The translations under genes and the position numbers were made by a program. A stretch of 58,412 bases of DNA, filler included, from an uncultured bacterium (GTDB lineage: Bacteria; DAOPZR01), in assembly GCA_964637655.1 (NCBI GenBank). It is 3 parts of 3 records of this genome, joined end to end, with 100 filler letters (N's around TTAATTAATTAA, not from the genome) between each part and the next. Parts side by side here need not be neighbours in the genome. Positions count along the whole stretch, not along the records: positions 39,534 to 58,412 come from CAZWUZ010000033.1; 2 more parts are not named here. One strand, 5' to 3'. The first letter of the stretch is position 1. The number at the start of each line of letters is the position of its first letter. The notes under the pieces are model-generated. The model was not told the origin of the DNA. It ran no database searches and saw only the letters and a program-made list of their open reading frames with translations. Shown piece after piece: positions 45,164 to 55,340 of the stretch.

Positions 45164-46278
45164 AACGGCTGGAACGATACCTCGTGATGCTGGGCGGCCT
45201 GTTGCTGCTGCTGGTGTCCGCCGCGGCGGCTGAAGAAGCGGTCGTCAAGGTGCCGGTGGAGAACATGCGCACGGCGGTGGGGGGCGAGCGCCTCGGGACG
45301 CTGCTCAACGCGGTGAAGTTCACCGTGCTCGACCGGCAGCCGAACTGGTACCAGGGCGAGGTGACGTTCTACATCTGGAAACCGTCGGTCAGCGTGTCGG
45401 GAACCGCGGGCACGGTGACGGCCACCGGCGGTGAGAACATCCGCAGCGGCCCGCCCGAGCGCGTGCGTCTGGGCACCCTCGACCGCGGCACGCCGTTTAC
45501 CGTGCTCAGTCAGGACGGCAACTGGGTCAAGGGAAAGGTTGTGTTCTGGATCTGGGGCCCGTCGGTGGCGGAACTGCTCGAGACCAGCAAGCTCGAATCG
45601 ATCCGCAAGTACTGGCAGGCCTACGAGTATTACCAGCGCGCGGTGCGCGGCGGCATGCAGACACTCGGGCTGGCGCAGCGGGCGGTGCAGCAGGCGGTGG
45701 CGCTGCAGCCCGTCTACCCGCAGGCCTATTTCCTGCTCGGGCTGATCGAGCGGGCGCGCGAGGATACGGAGGCGGCGCTGGCTGCCTACCGCACGACGCT
45801 GGCGCAGAATCCCGACTACGCGGAAGCGCATGTCAACATGGCGAATGTCTACCTGGTCGACGGGCGGTATGACTCGGCCATCGTGCATTACCGGCAGGCG
45901 CTGGGCCGCAATCACGAACTGCGCGAGGCCTACTACAACCTCGCGGAGGTGCTGCATGCGCTCGACCGCGACACGGAGGCGGCAGCGGTCTACCTCGAAT
46001 TTGCCCAGGCGCTGCCGCAGGACCCGACCCCCTACTACAATCTCGCCTGCATCTACGCGCTGCAGGGGCGGCGTGATGCGTCGCTGGCCTGGCTGCGCCG
46101 CGGTATCAACCGTCTCGACGTGGCGACCCTCGAAAACGCGCGCCGCGACGCGGACCTTGCGCTGCTGCACGAGGACGCCGAGTTCATCAAACTGGTGACC
46201 GACGGGCTGGCGGCGGCACGGCAGCGGGAACAGGGGGCGGCGGATGCCGCCCGCGCGGCAGGACGCGTGCCGCGCTAA
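45160..46278 (+). CDS. Exported protein with two SH3-like repeats and TPRs
   Basis: Signal peptide; repeats ENMR...LGTL...FTVL...NWYQG...IWKPSV and ENIR...LGTL...FTVL...NWVKG...IWGPSV; TPRs AYFLLG, AHVNMA, AYYNLA, YYNLAC. Confidence 0.8.
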   Translation: MKRLERYLVMLGGLLLLLVSAAAAEEAVVKVPVENMRTAVGGERLGTLLNAVKFTVLDRQPNWYQGEVTFYIWKPSVSVSGTAGTVTATGGENIRSGPPERVRLGTLDRGTPFTVLSQDGNWVKGKVVFWIWGPSVAELLETSKLESIRKYWQAYEYYQRAVRGGMQTLGLAQRAVQQAVALQPVYPQAYFLLGLIERAREDTEAALAAYRTTLAQNPDYAEAHVNMANVYLVDGRYDSAIVHYRQALGRNHELREAYYNLAEVLHALDRDTEAAAVYLEFAQALPQDPTPYYNLACIYALQGRRDASLAWLRRGINRLDVATLENARRDADLALLHEDAEFIKLVTDGLAAARQREQGAADAARAAGRVPR

Positions 46279-46286
46279 GCCCGCCG

Positions 46287-48149
46287 ATGGCGGCAGCACC
46301 CCTCATCCTCGACGCGGAGTCGGCAGCCGCTGCCCGGACCCGGGCGGCGGCGGAGTGGCAGTGTGCTCCGGACGAACTGACGGTGCAGGAAGTGCTGGCG
46401 CCGCGCGCGGGCCTGCTCGGTTTCGGCCGGCGGCCGGGGCGCTACCGGGTGCGCCGGCGCGACCCGCGGACTGACCGGCTCGACCGCCAGCTGCAGGCGG
46501 CGCTGACGGCGGGGGAACAGCTCGACGGCAGCTTTACCGTCGCCTGGCAGGACGGGCAGGCGGTGCTCACCGTGCAGGCGCCCGGCAGCGCGGGACGCGC
46601 GGTGACGGAAGCGGACATGCTGGCGCGCCTGCGCACCCTGCAGTTTCCCGTCGCCACGCTCGATTCCGCCCTGCTGCAGGCCGCGCTGGCACAGCCCGGC
46701 ACGCCGGTCACGCTCGGGGCCTGGCCGGCCGGCGAGCGCCACGATGCCTATGTCAAGCTCAACGTCAGCGGCGACCGCATGGAGGCGCATGTGCAGGTCT
46801 TCCCGCCGCGCCACGGCGGGGCCATGCTTACCGTCGACGACATCATCGCGGCGCTGGCGCAGCAGGGGATCGTCAGCGGCCTGCGCGCGGACAACCTCCG
46901 TTCCTATCTCTCGCTCGGCGCCTTCGATGCGCCCATCCTCGCCGCCGCCGGGCGGCCGCCGCGCCACGGGCGCGACGCGCGCCTGCGCTACCTGTTCAAG
47001 ACCACGCGCAGCATCGAACTGAAAGAGGACGACAAGGGGCGCGTCGATTACCACGAACTGGGTCTGATCCAGAGCGTGACGCAGGGGAGCGTGGTGGCGG
47101 AAAAGGTGCCGGCGGAACCCGGGGAGGATGGCGAGGACATTTACGGGAAGCGCCTGCCCGCGCGCGCCGGGCAGGACCTCGTTCTGCATGCGGGGCGCAA
47201 CACGCAGGCCAGTGCTGACGGGGAGCGCCTGCTCGCGGCCATTGACGGCGGGGTTACGCTGGTTGGCAGCAGCGTCTGCGTCGAACCGGTGCATCGCGTC
47301 GACGGCGATGTGTCATTCGCCACCGGCAACATCGATTTCGCCGGGACGGTCGAGATTCTCGGGCGGGTACCCGACGGGTTCACGGTGCGGGCCCGCGGCG
47401 ACGTCGTGGTGGCAAAAACCGTCGAGGCGGCGACCATCGAGGCGGCCGGCAACATCGTCGTGCGCGGCGGCGTGCTCGGGCGCGGGCAGGGCCTGCTGAC
47501 CGCGGGGGGTGACCTCATCGTCAAGTTCGCGGAAAACGCGCGTCTGCAGGCGGGGGGGCGCATCGTCGCGGAACAGGTGATGCATTCGCACTGCGTCTGC
47601 GAGAAGCACCTCGTGCTCGGCGGGCGGCGTGGCGCCCTCATCGGCGGCAGCAGCGTGGCGGGCGGGGCGATCGAGTGTCGGGAACTCGGCGTGGTCGGCG
47701 AGACCAGAACGCTGGTGCAGGCGGGCGTGCCCCCGCGCGTGCTGCAGGCCTACGCGCAGCTCAATGCGCGGCTGCGCGAGCTGCGCGAGCAGCTGGCAAA
47801 GATCGAGACGACGCTGCAGGCCCTGCTGCGCGCGAAGGAGGACGGGACCCTGACCGTGGCGCAGGCGGCGCAGGAGGCGCCCGTGCAGGCGCTGGCGGAG
47901 CGCACCCGCGGGCAGCTGGCCGCGCTGCAGCAGGAGGAGGAGCAGCTGCAGCGCTACACCGAGCATCACCCGGCGGCAGCAGTGCATGTGCGCGAGCGCG
48001 CCTTCAAGGGGGTGATGCTGGTCATCGGCGCGGCGCGCAAGACGCTGACCAACGACTACCGGTTTACCACCTTCCGCAACCGCAACGGCGACATGTCTTT
48101 CACCCCCTACGAGGGCATCCCCGCCGACGACGGCAAGTCCCTGCGATGA
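46287..48149 (+). CDS. FapA/DUF342 family protein with N-terminal Jag_N-like domain
   Basis: VSGDRMEA, GRVDYHELGLIQSV, VDGDVSFATGNIDFAGTV, Gly-rich beta-helix; N-terminal QEVLAPRAGLLGFGRRP. Confidence 0.85.
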   Translation: MAAAPLILDAESAAAARTRAAAEWQCAPDELTVQEVLAPRAGLLGFGRRPGRYRVRRRDPRTDRLDRQLQAALTAGEQLDGSFTVAWQDGQAVLTVQAPGSAGRAVTEADMLARLRTLQFPVATLDSALLQAALAQPGTPVTLGAWPAGERHDAYVKLNVSGDRMEAHVQVFPPRHGGAMLTVDDIIAALAQQGIVSGLRADNLRSYLSLGAFDAPILAAAGRPPRHGRDARLRYLFKTTRSIELKEDDKGRVDYHELGLIQSVTQGSVVAEKVPAEPGEDGEDIYGKRLPARAGQDLVLHAGRNTQASADGERLLAAIDGGVTLVGSSVCVEPVHRVDGDVSFATGNIDFAGTVEILGRVPDGFTVRARGDVVVAKTVEAATIEAAGNIVVRGGVLGRGQGLLTAGGDLIVKFAENARLQAGGRIVAEQVMHSHCVCEKHLVLGGRRGALIGGSSVAGGAIECRELGVVGETRTLVQAGVPPRVLQAYAQLNARLRELREQLAKIETTLQALLRAKEDGTLTVAQAAQEAPVQALAERTRGQLAALQQEEEQLQRYTEHHPAAAVHVRERAFKGVMLVIGAARKTLTNDYRFTTFRNRNGDMSFTPYEGIPADDGKSLR

Positions 48150-49285
48150 CCCTGCGCGTGGCAGTTGACGCGTCCGCGCTGGCCGGGGAGCGCAGCGGGG
48201 TCGGGCGCTACCTCGGGCACCTGCTCGCCCATGCCGGCGGGCAGGGGTGCAGCTTCGCGCTGATTGCCGGGCGCGGCATCTTTCCCGCGGCGCGCCGCCG
48301 GCGGCGCGCGGAAGTGTTGCAGGCCTGCGGGCGGTTCGGACATGCGGTGGTGCCGCTCCTCCCGCATCGTCCGCGCCTGCTGATGGACCCGCTTTACGAG
48401 CGGCAGGTGCTGCCGCGCCTGCTGCAGCGCCTGCAGGCGCGCGTCTTTTTTGCCCCCAACTACCTTCTGCCGCAGCATCTTCCCGCCGGCGTGCGCGGCA
48501 TTATCACCGTCCATGACCTTGCCTTCCTGCGCCACCCGGAACTGGTGCCGCCGGACCGGCGGCAGCTGCTCGTGCGGGAACTGAAACACAGCTGTGACCG
48601 CGCGGCGGGTATCGTCTGCGTGTCGCAGGAAACGTGTGCCGATCTGGTTGAACTGCTTGGCGTGCCGCCGGACAAGGTGCGGGTCATCTATGAGGGGACG
48701 ACGGTGCCGGCGGTGCAGGAGGCCGCGGCGGAACGCGCCGTGCTGCGCCGCCACGGCATCCTCGAACCGTATATCCTGTTTCTCGGCAATCTCGAACCGC
48801 GCAAGAACCTCGTGCGCCTCGTGCGCGCCTTCTACCAGTTTGCCGAACCCATCCAGCTGGTGCTGGCCGGGTCGCAGGCCCGGGCCTACCCGGAACTGCG
48901 GCGCGAACTGCAGGGGAAGAAGAACATCGTGCTGACCGGCTACCTTGATGACCGCAGCGCGGCGGCCCTGCTGCGCCGCGCCCTCTTCCTCGCCTATCCG
49001 AGCGTCTACGAGGGGTTCGGCCTCGTGCCGCTCGAAGCGATGGCCTGCGGCTGTCCCGTGCTCGCCGGGCGCGGCGGGGCGCTCCCCGAGGTGCTGGGCG
49101 AGGCCGCCGAGTGGATCGACCCGCTTGCTACCGACGACATTGTGCGCGGGCTCGAACGGCTCTGGTTCGAGGATGCCTGGCGTGACGAACTGGTGCGGCG
49201 CGGGGCGCAGCAGGCGGCGCGCTACACCTGGCGGGCGGCGGCGGAACAGACCCTCGCTTTTTTCCGCGACGTGGCGGCGGCCTGA
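48146..49285 (+). CDS. GT4 glycosyltransferase
   Basis: SGVGRY, TVHDL, GNLEPRKNL, YPSVYEGFGLVPLEAMACG. Confidence 0.92.
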   Translation: MTLRVAVDASALAGERSGVGRYLGHLLAHAGGQGCSFALIAGRGIFPAARRRRRAEVLQACGRFGHAVVPLLPHRPRLLMDPLYERQVLPRLLQRLQARVFFAPNYLLPQHLPAGVRGIITVHDLAFLRHPELVPPDRRQLLVRELKHSCDRAAGIVCVSQETCADLVELLGVPPDKVRVIYEGTTVPAVQEAAAERAVLRRHGILEPYILFLGNLEPRKNLVRLVRAFYQFAEPIQLVLAGSQARAYPELRRELQGKKNIVLTGYLDDRSAAALLRRALFLAYPSVYEGFGLVPLEAMACGCPVLAGRGGALPEVLGEAAEWIDPLATDDIVRGLERLWFEDAWRDELVRRGAQQAARYTWRAAAEQTLAFFRDVAAA

Positions 49286-49286
49286 C

Positions 49287-50465
49287 ATGCGTGTTGCCAT
49301 CCTGCATCCGCTGCTCGAACGCACCGGCGGCTCCGAGGCGGTTGCCTACTGGCTCTGCTTCGGGCTTGACCGCGCCGGACATCAGGTGACGCTCTACACC
49401 GACCGTGTCGGCGGCAAATGGGGTCGCGATATCGAACATGTGTCGCTGCGCCTCGGCGCGGCTGGCGACCAACCCGGCGCCTGGCGGCGTGCGGGTGCGT
49501 ACTTCGCCAATGAACTTGGCGGCTACGATGCGGTGCTCTGCCATAATTACCCGACGCACCTCTGGTATGCCGCCGCGCGGGAAATCAATCCGGCGCTCCC
49601 CCCCGCGCTGCTCTGGTTGCAGGAACCGCCCCGCCACCTCTACTACGAACAGCTGCATGAGCATGTCCCCGACGGGTTTTATACCCGCGCCCCGCTGTGG
49701 GTGCGCCTCGGTCTGCCCAACCCTGCCGACTTCTTCCAGAAGCGCGCGCCGCAGCGGCGGGAACAGCTGCGCGCGCTCGACCGCGCGGCGTATGACGCCC
49801 TGGCGGGGGTGCTGGTCAGCAGCGACTATATCGGCGGCTGGGTGCAGCGGCTCTACGGATGTACCGCGGAGAAGGTGCTGCTCGGTACCCGCTTCGCCGT
49901 CAGGGAGCATCTCGCGGCGGAGCGCAACCGCTACGTGCTCTGCGTCACGCGCCTCGAACTGCTCAAGAATGTCGAGACGCTGCTGCGCGCGCTGCCGCGC
50001 GTGCTGCAGGCGGTGCCGGCGGTATCGCTCGTCGTCGTTGGCGAGGGTGATGATGCCCGCCGCCTGCGCTGGCTGCGTGGGCAACTCGGGCTGCAGGGAA
50101 AGGTGCTGTTCCGCGGCCTGGTCAGTCCCGAGGAACTCATCTGGCTCTACCGCCGGGCCGCGGTCTTCGCGTTCCTGCCGCTGACGGAGCCGTACGGCCT
50201 GGTCAACCTCGAAGCGATGGCCTGCGGCTGCCCGGTGCTGACCAGTGACCAGGGGGGGCCGGCGGAGACGGTGGGGGACGCGGAGGGGATGCGGGTCGAA
50301 CCGCTCGACGTGGAGGCGGTGGCGACGGCGCTCATTACGCTGCTCAACAACGGCGACCGCCGCCAGCAACTTGGCGGAGGGGGGAGGGCGAAGGCTGAGG
50401 CGTGGCGCTTCGACCGTACCGTCGCGGATATCGCCGCGCGCCTCGCGCGCCTCGCCGGGCAGTGA
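49287..50465 (+). CDS. GT4 glycosyltransferase
   Basis: GGSE, RLELLKNV, EPYGLVNLEAMACGCPV. Confidence 0.9.
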   Translation: MRVAILHPLLERTGGSEAVAYWLCFGLDRAGHQVTLYTDRVGGKWGRDIEHVSLRLGAAGDQPGAWRRAGAYFANELGGYDAVLCHNYPTHLWYAAAREINPALPPALLWLQEPPRHLYYEQLHEHVPDGFYTRAPLWVRLGLPNPADFFQKRAPQRREQLRALDRAAYDALAGVLVSSDYIGGWVQRLYGCTAEKVLLGTRFAVREHLAAERNRYVLCVTRLELLKNVETLLRALPRVLQAVPAVSLVVVGEGDDARRLRWLRGQLGLQGKVLFRGLVSPEELIWLYRRAAVFAFLPLTEPYGLVNLEAMACGCPVLTSDQGGPAETVGDAEGMRVEPLDVEAVATALITLLNNGDRRQQLGGGGRAKAEAWRFDRTVADIAARLARLAGQ

Positions 50466-52159
50466 TGCGTCCGCACCTGCTGCCGCTCGGCGCCCTGCTG
50501 CTGCTGGCGCTGCTGCTCACTGCGCCGCTGGCGGCGAATCTCGATGCGCTGCTGCCGGGACCGCATGGCGACTCGTTCTTCCACCTCTGGAATTTCTGGT
50601 GGCTGCGCACCGCGCTGCAGGAGGGGCTTGACCCGCTCTTCTGCCCGTACGTGCTCCACCCGACGGGGTGCGAACTGGCGCTGCACTCGTTCACCTTCAC
50701 CAACAGCTGTCTCTCGCTGCTGCTCTCCGGCTGGCTGTCGCTTCCCGCGACGTACAACGTCATCATCATCCTGCAGTTCATTGCCGGCGGCGGGGCGATG
50801 TATGCGCTGGGCTGGTCGCTGACCGCGTCGCGGGCCGGCGCCTTCGTGGCTGCGTGCGCCTGGACCTTCGCGCCGTACCATTACCAGCATCTCTGCCGCC
50901 CCGATGTCGCCGGCTACGTGACGATGCCGCTGACGATTCTCTACCTGCTGCGCGTCTGGCGACGTCCGCGCCTCATCGACGGCCTTGCTTTCGGGGCGTT
51001 TTTTGCCGTCACGGCGTACAGCACGGTCTACTATCTGTTCAGCCAGACGTTCCTGATTGCGGTTATCGGGCTGTGCCTGCTGCTGGGGGGGCGCACCCGC
51101 GTCATCAATCCCGCCGCGCTGCGCGCTTTTCTTGCCGGGACGCTGCTCGCGACACTGCTGCTCCTCCCGTCGCTGCTGCCGATGCTCGCCCTGCGGCAGC
51201 GTGCGGCGTTCGGGGCCACCTCGCTGCATGTGCACGCGCTGATTTCCGCCGACCCGGCGGCGCTGTTCACCCCGCCGCCGCATCACCCGCTGTGGGGCGC
51301 GCTGTTCGCGGACGCGTACGCGCGGTTTACCGGGACGGAACCGGTGGTGTACCTCGGCTGGGTGCTGGTACCGCTGGCGCTCTTCGGGCTGGCGCAGATG
51401 CCGCGCCGCACGCGCTGGTTGTGGCTGTGCGTGGCGGTGGGATTTCTCATCCTTGCGCTGGGGCCGCTGCTGCACTGGCGCGGGACGTTCGTCTGGCCCG
51501 ACGCCGCGGTGAAGAACATCCCGCTCCCCTACCTGGCACTGTACGAATGGTTTCCGCCCATCCGCAGCGCGCGCGCCCCGTCGCGCTTGATCGTCGTCAC
51601 GCGGCTCGCGCTGTGCGTCGCGGNNNNNNNNNNAGCGTATGCGGTACGCCGTCTTGCCGCGGTGCGGCCGCGCCTGACGGTGCTGCTGGGCGGCCTGCTG
51701 CTGCTCGACTTTCTCGCCGTGCCGGTGCCGACCGTACCACTGCACGTGCCGGCGCTCTACGCGGAGATTGCCGCCGACCCGTCACCCGGCGCGGTGCTCG
51801 AAGTGCCGGTTACCGATTATCCGTCGGTGCTGCAGTACTACCAGACCGTGCATCACCGTCCGCTGGTTATCGGCGCGGTGACGCATATCCCGCCCTGGCG
51901 CTTTACCTTCCTCGGGGAGACCCCGGTGGTGCGCGAACTGTATAACCTGTCGCTGCTCACGGCGGAGCGCGAGCGCGAACTGGCGGGCACAGGGATGGCG
52001 TCGCTCGCGCAGGCGGGCATCGGCTGGGTGGTGGTGCATCCCGCACTGATCGACGACCCGGCGGTGACCTACCGCGTGGTTCATTTTCTCTCGGTCGCAT
52101 TGGGTCATGGACCGCAAGTGGCAATAGATAATGTGTTGTACTGGCGTCTGTATCGGTAA
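50465..52159 (+). CDS. Polytopic membrane protein (YfhO/GT-C-like); contains a 10-nt gap
   Basis: GDSFFHLWNFWW, FTFTN, FAPYH, YLG, RAPSR, YYQTVHHRP; many TM helices; Ns at 51624-51633. Confidence 0.7.
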   Translation: MRPHLLPLGALLLLALLLTAPLAANLDALLPGPHGDSFFHLWNFWWLRTALQEGLDPLFCPYVLHPTGCELALHSFTFTNSCLSLLLSGWLSLPATYNVIIILQFIAGGGAMYALGWSLTASRAGAFVAACAWTFAPYHYQHLCRPDVAGYVTMPLTILYLLRVWRRPRLIDGLAFGAFFAVTAYSTVYYLFSQTFLIAVIGLCLLLGGRTRVINPAALRAFLAGTLLATLLLLPSLLPMLALRQRAAFGATSLHVHALISADPAALFTPPPHHPLWGALFADAYARFTGTEPVVYLGWVLVPLALFGLAQMPRRTRWLWLCVAVGFLILALGPLLHWRGTFVWPDAAVKNIPLPYLALYEWFPPIRSARAPSRLIVVTRLALCVAXXXXAYAVRRLAAVRPRLTVLLGGLLLLDFLAVPVPTVPLHVPALYAEIAADPSPGAVLEVPVTDYPSVLQYYQTVHHRPLVIGAVTHIPPWRFTFLGETPVVRELYNLSLLTAERERELAGTGMASLAQAGIGWVVVHPALIDDPAVTYRVVHFLSVALGHGPQVAIDNVLYWRLYR

Positions 52160-52425
52160 TGTACGTTCAGTACAATGCGGGGGATGGATGACGGTACGCA
52201 GCGGCCCGTTCTTCCGTGCCACCAGACCGGGGGATGGGAAGACAGCGGGGATCTCTGGTGTCAGAGCCGGCCAATACCATTGACAAATCGCCGGATAGTT
52301 GCATGGCAAGCGACGGGACATGGGGTGTTGGAGTACGGTGCTGAACGTGGTATATTACCGGGAAACGGTGCGTGTGAACCGGTCCGTTCGTTGCTCCGGT
52401 CTGCACTGAACGCTGGACGGGGGCA

Positions 52426-52454
52426 TTGACATCCCATGGCGAAAAACGTAACAT
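52426..52454 (+). promoter_or_regulatory. sigma70 promoter of the methyltransferase-E1-E2-ACP cassette
   Basis: TTGACA-17nt-TAACAT. It overlaps the track ATG at 52436, so the real start is probably TTG 52478 after GGAGG. Confidence 0.6.
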
Positions 52455-52477
52455 GGTCGCCGGCGGAGGCGCGTGGG

Positions 52478-53389
52478 TTGAATACGGACAGAATCGCCGA
52501 ACTGTTGACGGCCATTGGCAATAGCAATCGGTTACAGCGTGAATTTGTCAGCACCGCCATTGCCGACCTTTCTCCTGCCGAGCGTGAGGAATTGGCGCAG
52601 TACCTACACTACGTTCAGGAAACAGAGCGCCAAAGCGTGTCCCGGATGGCGGAGCACTATCTTGCCTTGGTCCGTGATACCATGAAAGAACAGTTGCATT
52701 TCCGGCGCAACAGAACGTACCGGCACAGTAGTTTTGCTGAAGTTGCGCGTGCAGTCTACCAGGACCATGCGTACATGGAAAGCTATATGTACGGTTTGGC
52801 ATTGAGTTCGTTCCTTTGGCCGAATCATCTGCGGATCAAGCGTTGGTTTGTGGCGCAACTGCCGCGTGATTGTGCAGGCAGCTACCTTGAGATCGGACCG
52901 GGACACGGCTGGCATTTCCTCACGGCGATGCGCCTGACCAACTACGGTGAGTTTGTCGGCGTTGACTACAGCGCGACCAGTTGTGCCATGACGGAACGAT
53001 TGGTGAAGAGCGGTATCCTTGGCCTCAAGGAGCCGCGACTGCACACGTTTGTGACGGGCGATTTTCTGGAATTGCCTTTGGCTGGAACGTATGCTGCCGT
53101 GGTGATGGGCGAAGTTCTGGAACATGTCGAGCAGCCCCGGCTTTTTTTGGAGCGGATTCGCGCGCTGACCACACCGGCCTCGTTTATTTATGTCACGACG
53201 GTAATCAATGCGCCGATGATTGACCACATCTTTCTGTTCCGCACCTTTGACGAAATCGCGACCATGGTCGCGGCAGCGGGATTGCGGATACTGGACCATG
53301 TAGTAGTCCCGCCGTCGGGCGTTGCGCTGGAAGCAGCAGTGGCTCAACAACTGCCGCTGGCGGTGGCACTTACACTGGGGCATAACTGA
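52478..53389 (+). CDS. Class I SAM-dependent methyltransferase
   Basis: YLEIGPGHG, GVDYS, GDFL, VMGEVLEHVEQP. Confidence 0.88.
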   Translation: MNTDRIAELLTAIGNSNRLQREFVSTAIADLSPAEREELAQYLHYVQETERQSVSRMAEHYLALVRDTMKEQLHFRRNRTYRHSSFAEVARAVYQDHAYMESYMYGLALSSFLWPNHLRIKRWFVAQLPRDCAGSYLEIGPGHGWHFLTAMRLTNYGEFVGVDYSATSCAMTERLVKSGILGLKEPRLHTFVTGDFLELPLAGTYAAVVMGEVLEHVEQPRLFLERIRALTTPASFIYVTTVINAPMIDHIFLFRTFDEIATMVAAAGLRILDHVVVPPSGVALEAAVAQQLPLAVALTLGHN

Positions 53390-53390
53390 C

Positions 53391-55340
53391 ATGCAACTCA
53401 GCGCCGTGCTGCGGCGGGCACTCTTCATCCGCTGTTTCGAGGAAAATCTGCTGGAACTTTACCGGCAGGGCCGATTGCATGGCACCCTGCACGCCTGCAT
53501 CGGCCAGGAACTCTCGGCAGTTGCGTTCTGCGGCCAAACGCTGGCGGGTGATCTGGTGGTATCGAACCATCGGTGCCACGGTCATTATCTGGCGTTTACC
53601 GGCGATGCCGCGGGCTTGCTGGCTGAAATGCTGGGACGGCGAACCGGAGTGAGCGGCGGAGTTGGCGGGAGTCAACACCTGTGCAACGGACGGTTTTTCT
53701 CCAACGGGATCCAGGGCGGGATGCTTCCGGTGGCGGCAGGTTTGGCGGAAACGCTCAAACGTGAGCAACGTCTGAACGTGGTGCTGGCGTTCCTTGGTGA
53801 CGGGACGTTGGGACAAGGGGTGCTGTATGAGACCCTTAATCTGGTTGCCTTGCGTTGCCTGCCGGTGCTTTTTGTACTGGAACATAACGGCTATGCCCAA
53901 TCGACGCCGACGGCGGCGGCGGTGGCCGGTGTCATCGAGGCGCGGGCGGAAGCGTTTGGCATCGCGACCCGTACCGTCGATACGAATGATCCGGAGCGGT
54001 TGCTGGCCGCGGCCCATGACAGTTTGGCGTATGTTCGTGAACAACAGCGCCCGCTGTTTCATGTGGTGCGAACGCAGAGATTATGTGCGCATTCCAAGGG
54101 AGACGATTTCCGCTCTGTGGAGGAACTGACTGCCTGCCGCCAGAACGATGCGCTGGAACAGTTTGCCCGCTGCGAGCCGCACATCTATGCAGGATGGCGT
54201 GCGGAGATCGGTGCGGAACTGGCAACGCTGACGGCGGCGGTGCTGGAGGCGCCGGCACCGGTCGCTGCTGAGTACATCGCTCCGCTTCCCCGGATGTTGC
54301 CGGCACACTGGCAAGCATATGCACCACCGACGGGGGACGGGCGCATGATTGCCTATGTCAACCGGGCGTTGACCACGATCATGCAGGAACACCCGCGGGT
54401 GATATGCATAGGTGAAGATATTCTGAGTCCGTACGGTGGCGCTTTTAAGGCAACACAGGGTTTGTCGCAACGCTGGCCGGACCGGGTCGTCAGCACGCCG
54501 ATCAGCGAAGCAGCAATAACCGGATTTGGCAATGGCCTGGCCCTTGGCGGTTGGCGTCCGGTGGTGGAAATCATGTTTGGTGATTTTGTCACATTGACGC
54601 TGGACCAGTTGTTGAATCACGCGGCAAAATTTCGCGGCATGTATGGTGGACGAGTCCGCTGCCCGCTGGTGTTGCGCACGCCCATGGGGGGGCGTCGCGG
54701 GTATGGCCCAACGCACAGCCAGACGCTGGACCGCTTGCTGGTCGGTATCCCGGACTTGCTGGTGGTGGCGCTTAATTTCCTGGTCGAGCCGTTGGCAGTA
54801 TACCGGGCAGTCATGGATGAAGTCGACCGGCCAGTGGTCGTACTCGAAAACAAGGTTGATTACACTTGTCGTTTTGGCGAAATTGCATCGCCACTCGTGC
54901 GCGGATTTGCAATGGAAACAGACGGGCAGCCGTATCCGTTGCTGCGCCTGTCACCGCGCGGGGGGGCACCGCAACTGAGTTTGGTGACGTACGGGGGCAT
55001 GCTGCAGGAAACAGTGAGAACGGCAGAGCGGTTGTTTGAGGAAAGGGAACTCTTGGCCGAGATCGTCGTCATCACACAACTCAGTCCCTTCGCGGCGGGG
55101 CGACTCGATGCCGCGTTGCAAAGTGACCGGGTCGTATGGCTCGAAGAGGGCACGACGGCCTTCGGTGTGGGCAGTGAGGTTGTCGCCGGACTGGCTGCTG
55201 TTTCCCCGACCCGCAGGTACTTGCGCATCGGTGCTGCGCCGGTGCCAATCCCTGCCGAACACACTTTGGAACTGGCGGTGTTGCCGCAGGCCGAGCGTAT
55301 CGTACAACAGATCGGAGAGGCATGGTATGGCGATTATTGA
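53391..55340 (+). CDS. Fused E1alpha/E1beta TPP-dependent 2-oxoacid dehydrogenase/transketolase-like protein
   Basis: HACIGQE, SNHRCHGH, FLGDGTLGQG...HNGYA (TPP motif), AHSKGDD; IGEDI, TPISE, EIMFGDF, YGPTHSQ. Confidence 0.92.
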   Translation: MQLSAVLRRALFIRCFEENLLELYRQGRLHGTLHACIGQELSAVAFCGQTLAGDLVVSNHRCHGHYLAFTGDAAGLLAEMLGRRTGVSGGVGGSQHLCNGRFFSNGIQGGMLPVAAGLAETLKREQRLNVVLAFLGDGTLGQGVLYETLNLVALRCLPVLFVLEHNGYAQSTPTAAAVAGVIEARAEAFGIATRTVDTNDPERLLAAAHDSLAYVREQQRPLFHVVRTQRLCAHSKGDDFRSVEELTACRQNDALEQFARCEPHIYAGWRAEIGAELATLTAAVLEAPAPVAAEYIAPLPRMLPAHWQAYAPPTGDGRMIAYVNRALTTIMQEHPRVICIGEDILSPYGGAFKATQGLSQRWPDRVVSTPISEAAITGFGNGLALGGWRPVVEIMFGDFVTLTLDQLLNHAAKFRGMYGGRVRCPLVLRTPMGGRRGYGPTHSQTLDRLLVGIPDLLVVALNFLVEPLAVYRAVMDEVDRPVVVLENKVDYTCRFGEIASPLVRGFAMETDGQPYPLLRLSPRGGAPQLSLVTYGGMLQETVRTAERLFEERELLAEIVVITQLSPFAAGRLDAALQSDRVVWLEEGTTAFGVGSEVVAGLAAVSPTRRYLRIGAAPVPIPAEHTLELAVLPQAERIVQQIGEAWYGDY

